Shown here piece by piece: positions 38,701 to 50,089 of a stretch of 64,000 nucleotides of DNA. The notes beneath the pieces were generated by a model, which saw only the letters and a program-made list of their open reading frames with translations, made no database searches and had not been told where the DNA came from. The stretch spans positions 199,109 to 263,108 of the forward strand of contig NMRA01000291.1 of assembly GCA_002633005.1 (NCBI GenBank), written 5' to 3'. The translations under genes were made by a program, and so were the position numbers. Source of the stretch: Phoronis australis (Eukaryota; Animalia; Phoronida). Position 1 is the stretch's first letter; each line of letters opens with the position of its first letter.

Positions 38701-41700
38701 TACACAAAATAAGGAATTGGCTTCTTGCGCGAAGACAATTAACTTTTTTTCGCTGCTTGGAGCCTGTTGTTGACAGCACTCATGCATGACTATTTTTGAG
38801 CGAATTATTCGTTTCATGTACTAACCAATTTAGTGAAATATCATCACCGTCGAATTTAAGAAATTAGGTGTGCACGCAACCAATTTAGCAGAAAATTCCT
38901 CATTAAAATTTCCCACAAAGGTTTCTACTCGTATGCTGCTTTTCCACAACTTGAGGTCCCAGAGAAAAAGGATGCAGAGGCGCTGCGAAACGATGTGATG
39001 ACCTACCGTTACGACAGAGCTTGGAGAAATTAGCCTGTCATGGGGCAAAATACAACTATCCATGTAAACATAGAGGCCGAGGTGACGCCTTATGACCAAG
39101 TAATGTAAAATGCGATAAAATCACGACTCTACCGTAATCGTTCGGGTTAACGCCCATGCTCAGTTAACCGCCCACCCCTACTTTAGGTGGATTTTCGATT
39201 TAACCGCCCACTGCTCGGTTAACCGCCCCCCTGCTATTTTTGAAGATTTCCAATTAAGCGCCCACCTCTCGGTTAAGCGCCCATCCCCTACTTTTGACGA
39301 TTGGTGATTACCGCCCTGTGCTAATAGGAAACGCGAATCCCCGACCTTTTAGATTAAGATCGATGATAACATTGAGTGCAACGACGGCCTCAGAGACCGC
39401 GGTTTAGCAATGTGAATTATGATACCAGTAACAAATTATTGTAACGGGTCATCGATTAACTTCAAAATGTAATACTTGAACACTTTGTCACTTTCTTTTC
39501 TTCTCATGTTCGCAAACTTTAGGAACCGCGCTGGCGTCTACACCTCCACTTTCAGCCACAATCTCTGCCGCACTGAGTNNNNNNNNNNNNNNNNNNNNNN
39601 NNNNNNNNNNNNNNNNNNNNNNNNNNNNNNNNNNNNNNNNNNNNNNNNNNNNNNNNNNNNNNNNNNNNNNNNNNNNNNNNNNNNNNNNNNNNNNNNNNNN
39701 NNNNNNNNNNNNNNNNNNNNNNNNNNNNNNNNNNNNNNNNNNNNNNNNNNNNNNNNNNNNNNNNNNNNNNNNNNNNNNNNNNNNNNNNNNNNNNNNNNNN
39801 NNNNNNNNNNNNNNNNNNNNNNNNNNNNNNNNNNNNNNNNNNNNNNNNNNNNNNNNNNNNNNNNNNNNNNNNNNNNNNNNNNNNNNNNNNNNNNNNNNNN
39901 NNNNNNNNNNNNNNNNNNNNNNNNNNNNNNNNNNNNNNNNNNNNNNNNNNNNNNNNNNNNNAGCAAACTTTCTATGCAAGCGTTCGGAGTTTGACCACAC
40001 TCTACATTTTCGAAACTATTTGTTAATTAGAGTGCGCAGAGTACGCACTTGGTGGCGATAAAGTTCTTTTCAAAGTGTTAGGCGATCCCAGTATGTGGCT
40101 TAGTACGTGTGGTGACTCAGATCATAAGGTAAGATTAACCGCCCAGGGCGGTTGCCTGTCGTAATAAGCGCCCATGTTCAGTTAACCGCCCCCCCGATTT
40201 CTTGAAATTTCACGTTTAAGCGCCCATGTCTGGTTAACCGCCCACCCCCGATTTTTTGGGTTCGCCAATTTAACCGCCCAGGGCGTTAACCCGAACGATT
40301 ACGGTAATTGTGCGGCGTTGTGATCTTCGCGACTTTCATGTTTTAAATTTGCTTTCCAAGGGAGACGTACCAAGTGCGACACAACCTGAAGTGCGTCTCT
40401 ACGAAAAATTTCTTTCGAATTTGGCGAAATCTCACAAAATTCCACAAGCAATTTTGGTAAATTAGTACAAAATGAGACGTACATGTACCGTGAATGCACA
40501 TACTCTTGTGTGAAACTGTGCCTATATACAAAATTACGTGCATGCTCGCATATGTGAAACACTTCAAGGAAATAAGGGAACACACATTTTAAATATGATG
40601 TTTGTGGAGCTTGAATTATCACCTTAAAGATCGGATGAATATTGGCATGCATTGACTTAAACACTAACGGGAAATGTACAAAGAAGAGACAAAGCCAGTG
40701 TAGGATTAACAACGTAGCAGAAGTAGCCTATGCTACGGGCCCGCGTTTTTTTGGGGCCCAGCGCTTTTTGAGCTCCACGTTGACGTCGGCGGAGGGCGAT
40801 TACGTCATCAACCGAACACCACCACGGCAGTTGCCAGTGGAAGTCCACGCGATGAGGAGACATCGTTGCTCAGTTGAAATGAAAGACCAGTTTTAGTTTT
40901 GCTGATATTTATCGACTGAGTGTCTAATATTCACCTACGGCTTCGCGTTTCAATTTCGCTATTGCGAAATGCAGAAAATGTCTATGGTAAGCCAAACAAA
41001 CACAGACATAAGGGCCACCGCAGACAAATAGCAGCGAGCTGAACTGCCTGTCTCAAGTAAACGGTAGCCGAGCCGATAATTCACGTCAAGACTTTTAAGG
41101 CAGCACTGAACAGTTAGGCTGCAGTTACGGGCATTTTGTAGATTTGACGGCTGTTTTGAGGAACGTGTTGAAAATAATTTCAAGAAAACTGATTTACTTG
41201 TGCTTTTGAATTCGTCATGAATCAGAAAAGCCAATTTTTTAATCGTGACCTATTTTTGATGCAAAATAGTGGCTGCAGTTTGCTTTTAACTCTTGTGCAT
41301 TCTGTCTGAGAAACCGGGTGCGATTTCAGGTAGCTGTAACAGTTCAAAATTGCCAAGAGGACATCTGGTAAAGAGCGTACTGTGGCCACATTTTTAGAAT
41401 CTAGAGAGAACAAGCATTCTGAATGTGTTGTCAGATTTTTTCTAACACTCGCAGGAAAGTGGTAAATTTGGGGAGAAGACTTTCAAATTCGGGGTTTTGG
41501 TCCTATTTTTTATGCCGAGGTCTTTTTCGATGTGAATTAATCGATTGGAAATGTGCAGCATGATTAAGTTTCAGTTATCATGAGTAGTGCTTGTGAGTTG
41601 GGAATGCTACATAACCTTTTGTTCTTTCTTTCAGAGGACATGAGGTCCTTTCATCTCCTCTTAGGTTTGCGTTGGTAATCAAAACCCTGTAATAACTGTA

Positions 41701-44700
41701 ATGTGCCACCAAACGACTGAATGAACCAGTTCACCCAATTGTTACCGTATTTTTACGTATTTTCGTGAGCTGTCAGCTCACCTATCGTCCACTTGAAACA
41801 GACAGCTTAGCCGAGTCGTCAGTACCTTATCGTTTGCGTTGGATAATGGGTTTTAAAACTTTGTGAAATCGATGTAGAAGCCGTCTCGATGGCTTTCCTT
41901 CTCAAAAGTGAAAATTACACCTATTTTGCTTATGCTTCACATAACAGTTGTATGAGCACTCGCCCGGCGCTTCGACTTATACCACGGGCCCCGCAATTTC
42001 CCTGGGCAAAGCAAGTAATACGTATATATACGGGGAGTCCAAATATGCAAAACAATTGAGCAAAAAATTTTGAAACAAAATTGTTCTATTTCCGTAGCAT
42101 GCGCACGAGCGCAAATACAAGTATGTACGGTCGACTGAAACATGTGTAAAAGGTGTGTAATACTCAGACATCTTCCTCCCTACGAATGGTTGGGAGGCGT
42201 TAGATTGTAATTTTCTCTTATCGTCAATATCAACATATGCGCCTATTTAAGTTCACACGCCTACATGGCTGGGCCTACAGTGACGAGTCGGAATTGGGCG
42301 CGTTGGCCTATGTATGAAACACTTGAGTAAAACCGAGGGAACATAATGTGAGTGAACTCCGTTATAAAACGGTAGAAGTTGGCATGGAACTCGAAAACTC
42401 GTCAAAAATAGTTTTTAAACAATTCCTGACGAAAGTACCATCTCGTAACACTTAGTACAGATCAGTACACTGTGAGGAAATTCCAGAAAAAATCACAAAA
42501 GTTCCATGTATGATAATTGCACACATGCGCTCATAGTCAGTTGCTTGAAGTCGCTTGAGGTCAAAGGTCACATTTTCCTTATCAGAGAAATGTGCAACGT
42601 CTACGTCTTGCCATACCAAATGAAGAGACTTCTTTGCCTTGTGGGAGAAAAATCAACGAAGTGGCGAGCAGTTGATAGATCGTTTTTTTTTAATTTGAAA
42701 CTAAAAGGAAAAGGTTCTTTTTTTCAACAGAAATTAAAATCTTTGCGAACAAACCCTAAAATACCCGGTGATCAGGTTAAATGCTGTTTCAGTGGCAGAG
42801 AACTACTTTCAATATTGCAATTTAGTTTGTTTATCGCCTTCCAAACCTCTAACACTAACTATAAAATAGGCAAAAACACAAATAACATCGAATTTGAGAC
42901 ATGCATATATGGCATAGGATATTAGATGCTTGTTTCTTCAAGTAAAGCTTAGGCTTGAGCCACTGGAATAAAAAGATATAGGGGCAATGGTTTAAATGCG
43001 CGCACTTTTTACACTAGACATTTAATGTAAATAACGCCTACACCCGTCTAAACTCATAATACCTTTGAACTTTTACCCGATTTACTACTGAATGCGTTTA
43101 AGTCAAATGAATTCTGTTCAATGTCCGCCTTGGTGCGCACCTTAGACATACAACAGTCAACGCCAGCCAAGACAACAACTAATCGATTCCTTCTAAGAAT
43201 CTAGTCGCACTAATTACTACAATTACAGTTATCATTTTAATATAATAAGAGGCCGTTTGTCTTAGGGCATGTTTAGTAATGAGTAATAATGACGAAGATT
43301 CTGTCAAAACTCAGCTCAATTGGGTTGATAATATCCAGTCAGTTTCCGCCGATGAATGAGCACTGCTAAATGTATTGGACGTCAAATGAAGTCTTAACTT
43401 TGTATAATTCGTAGAAAACCCTGAAACCATGCACTTTTTTCAGATAACATTTCATAACCGTTTTCCAAAGTGAAAGTCGCTTTCGATATTATTTAAATCA
43501 CGTGCTGTCAGGTATTAGTACAAGGCGGGCGTAAATTTTATTTCAATTTCGCGCCGTTATTCTCACGGTTGTGGTCGTAGCGATCCGCCCCTCCCGCCCC
43601 AAAACTACATGTGCGCCACTGCTGTGATGTTTCCACCGACGTATTGGTGCTTTCGTGGCTTAGTTGGAAAGTCACGTGAGTTGATACACGGGCTCTGAGA
43701 TTTTTGGGCTACCGTTACCCAACGGGCATCAACATAGAATAAAAACTACATGTAAAGGGGACCAACCTGTTCCCTTGTAAGTGCTGGGAGGACTAGCTTT
43801 TGCTATATTATTCGACGTTACTTCTATGGCCATTCATAAAAAAGAAAAGGTCGGAGTCATCTAGTCTCCCCGGCCTTTGCCATGCAATGGAGTATAGGAT
43901 AAAACTCACCAAGTGAAGTCTACTTTGCCGATGTGAAATTATGCCGACCTTAGCCCCTTACTCTTCGTAGCATATACAAATTGTAGTGGTCAGTATGTTT
44001 TAAAGTCGTGTTTTGTAGGCCTTCAGCCTTAAAGTTTTACGTAACCGAAAGATGGTCTCGTGATCCATGGTCAGTGATAGTCCTGAGGTGATAAATTTAC
44101 TTTGCGATAATGGTACCTGTCCAAATAACAGCATCTTAACTGCACATGCCCAGATAACAATCATGTGAGAACTGAGTTCATACGTACTCTCGTTGCTTAT
44201 TTAAAGGTCTCCGTACTCTTCTGGTTGCACTTGACAATAACACGTGAACAAGGCCCTAACAACTCATGTTACGTGAACAAATTTAAACTATGGCTGTTCT
44301 ATGGCGGCCGTGTCACTTTTAAGTGATTGGTCGGCGATGTTGGAATGTTGAATTTTGGTCAAAGAATCCATAAGCGAAGATTTTCACCGCAAGTGAAAGC
44401 TAATGTATTTTCAAAGTGTATGGAACCGGGGTGGCGTTCTATAGACGCAAGAATCTTTGGAGACGTAAAACACGCGATTACCGATATCTCGCGAAGTCTT
44501 GCGTGACCTCAAGCTGTGTTTTTTGCGAGATTCTCGTGTCTAGGGAACGCTGCCTGCCAGCTCAACCGACTAATCGACCACCGTCCCGGCTTACAAAGCA
44601 GTCATATATATCAAGTGTCAAAGTCGGTTGACCCGGCTGAACTGGCGGAGTGAATAAAGTGCAGCGCTAAACTTCGGAGGTTACTGAAGGATTACCCAAA

Positions 44701-47700
44701 TTTAGAAAACATATAATATTGATCATATCATATCGACAAACTGAGCGGAAAAGATATAACCTGTCACCTAAAATAACGTTTGACATTAATCGTGAATCTG
44801 TTTCGACATTGAGCAAAGGTTGTTAACTTCAAGCACCCTAACCACATCAGGGGCGGATCCAGGATTTTGAGTTAGGGGGGGGGCAGGGCAGAGTATTGGT
44901 CAGGATTTTGCCCTTCAGACATTTTCACTCCCGAACTGCCAAATGGAAATTGGGAGAATTTTAGGGGTGGCATGACCCCCTTACCCCCCCCCCCCCCTAA
45001 ATCCGCCACTGCACATACATCTTTATCCCATACGCGTTGAATCAAAGGAGCGCAATACGGCCATGTGATATTGGTTTCCGTATTCACCCTCCGCACTACA
45101 TCAACAGTGCCCTCTGACATGGAAAGTTCAAAAGGTGGGTCAATGTCGACGCGACTTCGATAGCCGGTTCGATCATCAAACTTTCCGAATATAGTTCAAA
45201 GTAATAGAATTGCAGCAGTATACATAACACTCGACATGCAATCAGGTCCCAAACGTAAAATTTTTTACAAAACTGTTAATTATATATGACACTTTTGTCT
45301 CAGTTTTCACTTGCTAAATCTTATATCGTCTGCAACTCCGGCGCCAATTCCTTGGTAACTGCAATATGAAATATTGTTGTTATTTAACTATTTTCAGGAA
45401 ATGTTACAAGTTCTATGCACAGTTACCGTTCTTTTCATCTTTGATTATCTCTTTTCAAGTAAGAAACCGTTATATCTAAAACTTTTTCTTTCACTAGATA
45501 AAACTTGTAACCTAATGCGCATGTATGTACATATTGGATGTGATCCGCCACGTGAACAGTCTGGGTGAAGTATTTAAAAAATCTGCCGAAAAATCAAAGA
45601 AACTTAGGAAATCGAAGCGTATGGGAAAAATACAAAACACGCTTCTATTGGCGTATTCAGTCTCGGTCGATACGCGGAATAATGTCTCGGGGGATATTAC
45701 TTCATCTACGCCACTCTCGGTATGTTTTGTGTACACATTCACAGAACATTGTCTGAAAAAAATACACAGGGCGTGTGTGAAGAGAAATTTGATGTTCTCG
45801 TGCAAAATCGCTATTAGCGACAAATACTGATGACGTAAATACAAGTCAACTTTAAGCAGTGGTAGAGACACTGTATCAACAAATTAACACGGCAATTGTT
45901 TTCAAGTGAAAAACTTGCGATCAAGCTTGTTTCTCTTACTTATGGTGTCACTATCTATCAATACTATTTAATTCATAATAGCCCAATTTGCCCGCACGCC
46001 TAATCAAGTGATTGTTTACGTGCTGAGTTGCACACCTCTCATTAAGACCCATTGTCATGTGAACTCCCACAACAATTGACAGTGTCGCTGTTTCCATCTG
46101 TTTCCGGAATATTATACAGGTCTTTGACCCTTGTTTACTGATTGATTACAGACAAAATTCAGTTTAGTTAAACTGAAGGGCCAGTATTTCTAGGAGAAGG
46201 TCTTTCATGAAGCATGAGATGAACATTTGATTGTAATATTTTTACTCGATTGATAATGTATCTTAAATCATATTCCTACCTTATGGTTACCTGACACCAT
46301 ATAGAACACATTGTGTTTGAGTTATTTTGGGATCGGAGTTTCCTTGATTGCATAGATAAGAGAGTGTTTAAATTTAATGGTCCCACTCTGAATTGAGCAC
46401 CTCCCTGTAGTGGAGAAAAAAATACGTTGCAAGACCGACCTACTTTTCAAAATGTCATGCATTCTTGAGTTGATTAACAAGTGTTGCACAACCACCACTG
46501 ATATTTGCCCCTTTTTGTCCTTTTATTGGTGTCAGTCATGATTGCAACTATATTTCCACAATCCAAGTTTCCCTGCGTTACACAAAAAGAATGATATGAG
46601 ACAGTGACTAGCTCATTTGCATGTGACGAAGCAGGACAAAGTGTTGAATTGTTTGTAAATACCTTGAAATAAAAGAAGTGTAGTGCTATTTCAATCAAAA
46701 GCAAGGCCACAGCGCTTGAATACATGGTGAGTTTTGAATAAATTACGTTAAAAAATTTCGACAGTTGTTCGCGTCATCGTCAGCATAAATAATGAATGTT
46801 ATTTCCAGCTAACCTTGACTGGCACCAAAACGCCTATTTGGCGCTATACAAAGTCTGGAACATGAAACTTCGTGGATGCACGTTCTTTAATTGTTCATCG
46901 CGGGACATATGTCGAACACAAATGAACATTAACCCGCATACATGTGCAGCCAAGCTTGCAGCATCACACTGTCCCAATATCTAGTTGTACAGTCAGTATT
47001 ACTGCTGTACGAATAACTAAAACAATAACGTGCAGCTTAATAACGTTTCGACAAAGTCTTCATCATCTTCAGAATGATAGCGAAAATAAGTTATTATGAA
47101 TTATAGCATCTAAGCTTACCCTAAATCTGTTTCCATTTGTTTAAATATGTAAAGTTGCAATGTCTCTTCCCATTTCTTGTAGCATTTAATTTAAACTACC
47201 CGAAACGTTTACCGTAAATGTAGTGTTTTATACTGACTAAAATTTCTTTGCTTTTATGCGGGCGTATGTTCATAATCTAATTGCAAATAATTTAAAGACA
47301 ACTGTGGAAAAACCTCATAATTTAGTTGTTTGAGTTAATACAACACGCCCAGAAAAGAATTGAAAGGGTATTCTAAAATCACAAGAGTTATTGTAAGTTT
47401 CAAGCACAACATTAAAAGCATATTTTGTAACCAAATACTAATAAAACACACAACCTAGCTCCCATTTTAACACAGTGAATATTTCGCGTACTAACTAAAA
47501 TTCCAAATAAACGCTGTAGGTAATGTTCTTATAATGAAAATCCAGAAGTTTATTTAAATTCTACGTTTCAGTTTTATAGAAATACCAAATACAATACAGA
47601 CGATGACTTAAGAACGTAGGTCACAAAATACTGTTATTACAATTCCGGTACTATTTTGCCGGAAGCCGCATCTATTTTACTTCCACTTAGACTCATTGAA

Positions 47701-48722
47701 GATAATCTATCGAATAAACACAGAAAAATCAGGAACATCAACTGGAAATCGAGCCACAGGTCTCTACATTGCCGATCTAGTGCTCTTACTACTGAGCTTC
47801 TGAGGACCCGATATCTGTGCAATTACTGTTTACAGCCAACTGTAACGTCACACATCCCATGAGCAGCGTTTCGCCTTTTCCCACAAGATTTGGACAATTA
47901 TATACAGTCAGCAACCTGTGGTTCGATTCTTAGTTGGAGTTCCGGATTTTTCTGTGTTTATTTGATACATTTCATTACTGACCAACTTCAGCGTCTACAT
48001 GCATATATTAAGATAGTCTGCAATTTTGTCACGACGTGTATTTAGAGAGTGTACTATTGAAGCTAACTCTAGCTGTTCAAACCCTTTGCATTTAATTTTA
48101 GAAACAAGTTTTATTACAGTAGACTTACAGTAATGGACAATATGTTAACGCTAGCATGAAAACTCATTCAACCAATTTCGTGATCAGAGAATCAATATTT
48201 TTGTAAAGTCAATTTTAAAAACAGTAAACGCGAGCTTTAGACTCGTTTCACTATAACAATGGCGAAGTAAGTAAATGAATATCGAATAAGTAAATAAAAA
48301 ACTAAAATGTTTCATTGCAAATTGCATAATTTGAAAATTGTTCGAGGAACAAAAAAGAACAACATAGGATATGCAAGTTGGCTGCAGCTAAATGTATTAA
48401 ATATTTTACGTGTACAAAAAATAATTTACATGTAGCCTATGTGGTCTCTTATGGTTGCGTGTGTTACGTTCTAAAGTAGGCCTATATAAAAACCATGTTT
48501 TAAGACAATACATGGAAAACAGTAGAGCGTATTTTGGAGCATTGTTTAATAATTCAGAGTTCACAACCGTTACCTCCAATAACAATTTTTGAGTGATTTT
48601 GAAAAAATTACCTCAAGAGTCGCTAACTCGAGATCAGCATCGTTAATGGAGGCCGTACTTCGGCATCGTTTCTTGGTAACGACTATTTTTTCGTTCCGTT
48701 CGAGGTCTCTTTTTTCCTCCAT
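23970..48722 (-). CDS. TPH: Tryptophan 5-hydroxylase (biopterin-dependent aromatic amino acid hydroxylase), 10 coding exons, 487 aa
   Basis: Exons (minus): 48722-48612, 34536-34417, 33030-32841, 31076-30902, 30514-30365, 28837-28655, 27359-27233, 26284-26189, 25137-25004, 24147-23970. All are GT-AG with matching phases and total 1464 nt. Motifs: ACT domain ([21 protein letters not shown]...VHIESR), [15 protein letters not shown]-diagnostic VAGYLS and [39 protein letters not shown], and a C-terminal tetramerisation helix. Exons 2-10 are secure; exon 1 is inferred. Confidence 0.95.
25004..25137 (-). CDS. TPH: TPH exon 9
   Basis: [44 protein letters not shown]; not in ORF track. Confidence 0.94.
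26081..26150. repeat. Degenerate (ACTGCT)n microsatellite in TPH intron 8
   Basis: ACTACTACTGCTACTGCTACTGTTACTGCG... Confidence 0.85.
26189..26284 (-). CDS. TPH: TPH exon 8 (iron-ligand Glu)
   Basis: [32 protein letters not shown]. Confidence 0.96.
26477..27151 (+). mobile_element. Dispersed repeat family A (Helentron-like non-autonomous element), in TPH intron 7
   Basis: Starts TTTATCCCATACGC, ends GGTACGTTTTGTGTATA; colinear with other copies. Confidence 0.8.
27233..27359 (-). CDS. TPH: TPH exon 7 (iron-ligand His residues)
   Basis: [42 protein letters not shown]. Confidence 0.96.
28655..28837 (-). CDS. TPH: TPH exon 6
   Basis: [14 protein letters not shown]...[37 protein letters not shown]. 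Confidence 0.96.
29704..29810. repeat. (ATT)n/(ATC)n microsatellite in TPH intron 5
   Basis: About 22 perfect ATT units followed by degenerate ATC/ATT. Confidence 0.95.
30365..30514 (-). CDS. TPH: TPH exon 5
   Basis: [49 protein letters not shown]; not in ORF track. Confidence 0.95.
30902..31076 (-). CDS. TPH: TPH exon 4
   Basis: [42 protein letters not shown]. Confidence 0.95.
32841..33030 (-). CDS. TPH: TPH exon 3 (ACT domain)
   Basis: [16 protein letters not shown]...; CAG acceptor, G|GTAAT phase-1 donor. Confidence 0.9.
34417..34536 (-). CDS. TPH: TPH exon 2 (start of ACT domain)
   Basis: TTTATTTCAG|CAC...[22 protein letters not shown]|GTACGT; not in ORF track. Confidence 0.92.
34680..35420 (+). 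mobile_element. Dispersed repeat family A copy, in TPH intron 1
   Basis: Same ends and body as 26477-27151. Confidence 0.8.
39132..40304. mobile_element. TA-targeted TIR element (Tc1/mariner/pogo-type MITE) spanning the assembly gap
   Basis: Perfect 24-bp TIR CCGTAATCGTTCGGGTTAACGCCC, TA on both sides, subterminal TTAA(C/G)CGCCC repeats. Confidence 0.85.
39579..39961. other. Assembly gap (N run)
   Basis: 383 N bases. Confidence 1.
42370..42850 (+). repeat. Dispersed repeat; inverted second copy at about 49765-50089 plus 51050-51190
   Basis: e.g. TTGAAGTCGCTTGAGGTCA (42545) is the reverse complement of TGACCTCAAGCGACTTCAA (50034). Confidence 0.75.
44848..45011. mobile_element. GC-rich MITE
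   Basis: TIR CAGGGGCGGAT / ATCCGCCACTG; CACAT directly on both sides. Confidence 0.7.
45022..45740 (+). mobile_element. Dispersed repeat family A copy, in TPH intron 1
   Basis: TTTATCCCATACGC at 45022, inverted GCGTATGGGAAAAA at 45617-45630, 3' hairpin region. Confidence 0.8.
47690..47809 (-). mobile_element. tRNA-derived SINE fragment, with a partial inverted copy at 47914-47971
   Basis: Minus strand GGGTCCTCAGAAGCTCAGTAGTAAGAGCAC (A box-like)...GTGGCTCGATTTCC (B box-like); no complete cloverleaf. Confidence 0.65.
48612..48722 (-). CDS. TPH: TPH putative coding exon 1 ([37 protein letters not shown])
   Basis: Good Kozak context GAAGATGG, open 37 codons, GAG|GTAATT phase-0 donor matching the phase-0 acceptor at 34536, TATA-like run about 250 nt upstream; no strong homology evidence. 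Confidence 0.65.
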
Positions 48723-48936
48723 CTTCGCCAGGCGACCACACTTAAGACTTTCGAACTAAAAATGGTTGTTCCAAGACCACGAAACGCTCCGAGTTCTCGT
48801 GCCAGTGTGGACTGTGAGAACTGTCCCAAGAATTAAGAACTTTTTCTTTGTGTAGGCTGAAGTCCTTGTCCTTATGGAGATAAGAAATCGATGACACGTA
48901 CTCGTGAATTAAGCAAATCGTGAATGGTCGCTTAGA

Positions 48937-48976
48937 TTATATACGAACAAATCAGACGAAATTACCATATATATAG
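48937..48976 (-). promoter_or_regulatory. Candidate TATA-like elements upstream of TPH exon 1
   Basis: TATATATA run at about 48968-48975 and TATAT at about 48938, 220-250 nt upstream of the inferred ATG. Confidence 0.3.
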
Positions 48977-50089
48977 ATATTCGTCCGCGTCGTTTACGAA
49001 GATATATTTTTGATCCTAGTTAATCCGCAGGTCGAAATAATTCGATGAATTCTTCATTAAGAAACGGTTGACATACGTAAAACGCGCGCACGTTTCTTCA
49101 TTTCCATTCAATGTGCTGATTAGATGAGCGTATTAACACGCTATCGAATATTTCCAAAGAAAGCAATTCGAGGTGATTGGCGGTAATTATACAGACACTT
49201 CCGATGGAATGACATGTATTAATTTTCGCCGACACAAAACGGGATTACCGCACGTAGACACAAATCTAGGGAAACGCTGTTTCTTGAAAATTCGTGAACT
49301 TAGGGGGACAGAGATATTCAACTTCCGATCAATTACTAAACTGTTCCCAATCAACAACTCAAGTGCCCCTGACAATGTTATACTCAACTTCGTCAAAGTC
49401 TTTAAATGTACCGTTAAGGCTTTCCAGTCGCCACCTTCCACCATTTTTGCCTCCCGGTCTGTCAAAACTTCAAAATCACCCGGTCGCCCGTTCTGTCGGT
49501 CTAGCACTTCTTTATTTTGTCATGCGCTGGAAATGTATGAGCGGATTACCACGAAACAGAAAACTACATTTATATTGTAAATATGGCGAATAAATTCAAT
49601 TTCCAACAAGATGGCTACGATTTTTGTCGATAAATAAACGTTTAAATTGGGTGTCCCCAAACACTTGTTCTAAGACGCTTGTAAGCATTACGACTGAATG
49701 GAAATATTAATTTGGAAGGAACTTTTAGTGGGGTTATTTGCTACTATATCTGCTTTTCTTGTTAAAGAGGGCTGGAACGCAATAAATTAAATTGCAATAT
49801 TGAAAGTCGTTCTCTGCCGCTGAAACAGAATTCAACCTGATCACCAGGTATTTTTAAGGTTTGTTCGTGAAGATTTTTAATTTATGTTGTTATCAAAGCA
49901 TTTTCTTTTAGTTTCAAATTTCAAAAAAAAAACGATCTGTCAACTACTCGCCACTTCGTCGATTTTCTCCCACAATACAAAGCACATCTCCTTATTTGGT
50001 ATGGCAAGACATAGACGTGGAAAATGTGACCTATGACCTCAAGCGACTTCAAGGAACTGTCTGTGAGTGCATACGCACATTTATCTTAA

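Noticed and set aside
39476-40000. Long ORFs of 142-172 aa in the ORF track
   Set aside because: Artefacts of translating the N gap
43904-43973. Candidate TPH first exon with a GTGAGT donor
   Set aside because: No ATG-initiated open frame in phase with exon 2; could only be non-coding
47740-47809. Possible tRNA gene
   Set aside because: A/B-box-like motifs but no full cloverleaf or acceptor stem; better explained as a SINE head
49173-49593. Overlapping 99-135 aa ORFs upstream of TPH
   Set aside because: Non-ATG starts, no motifs, no splice support
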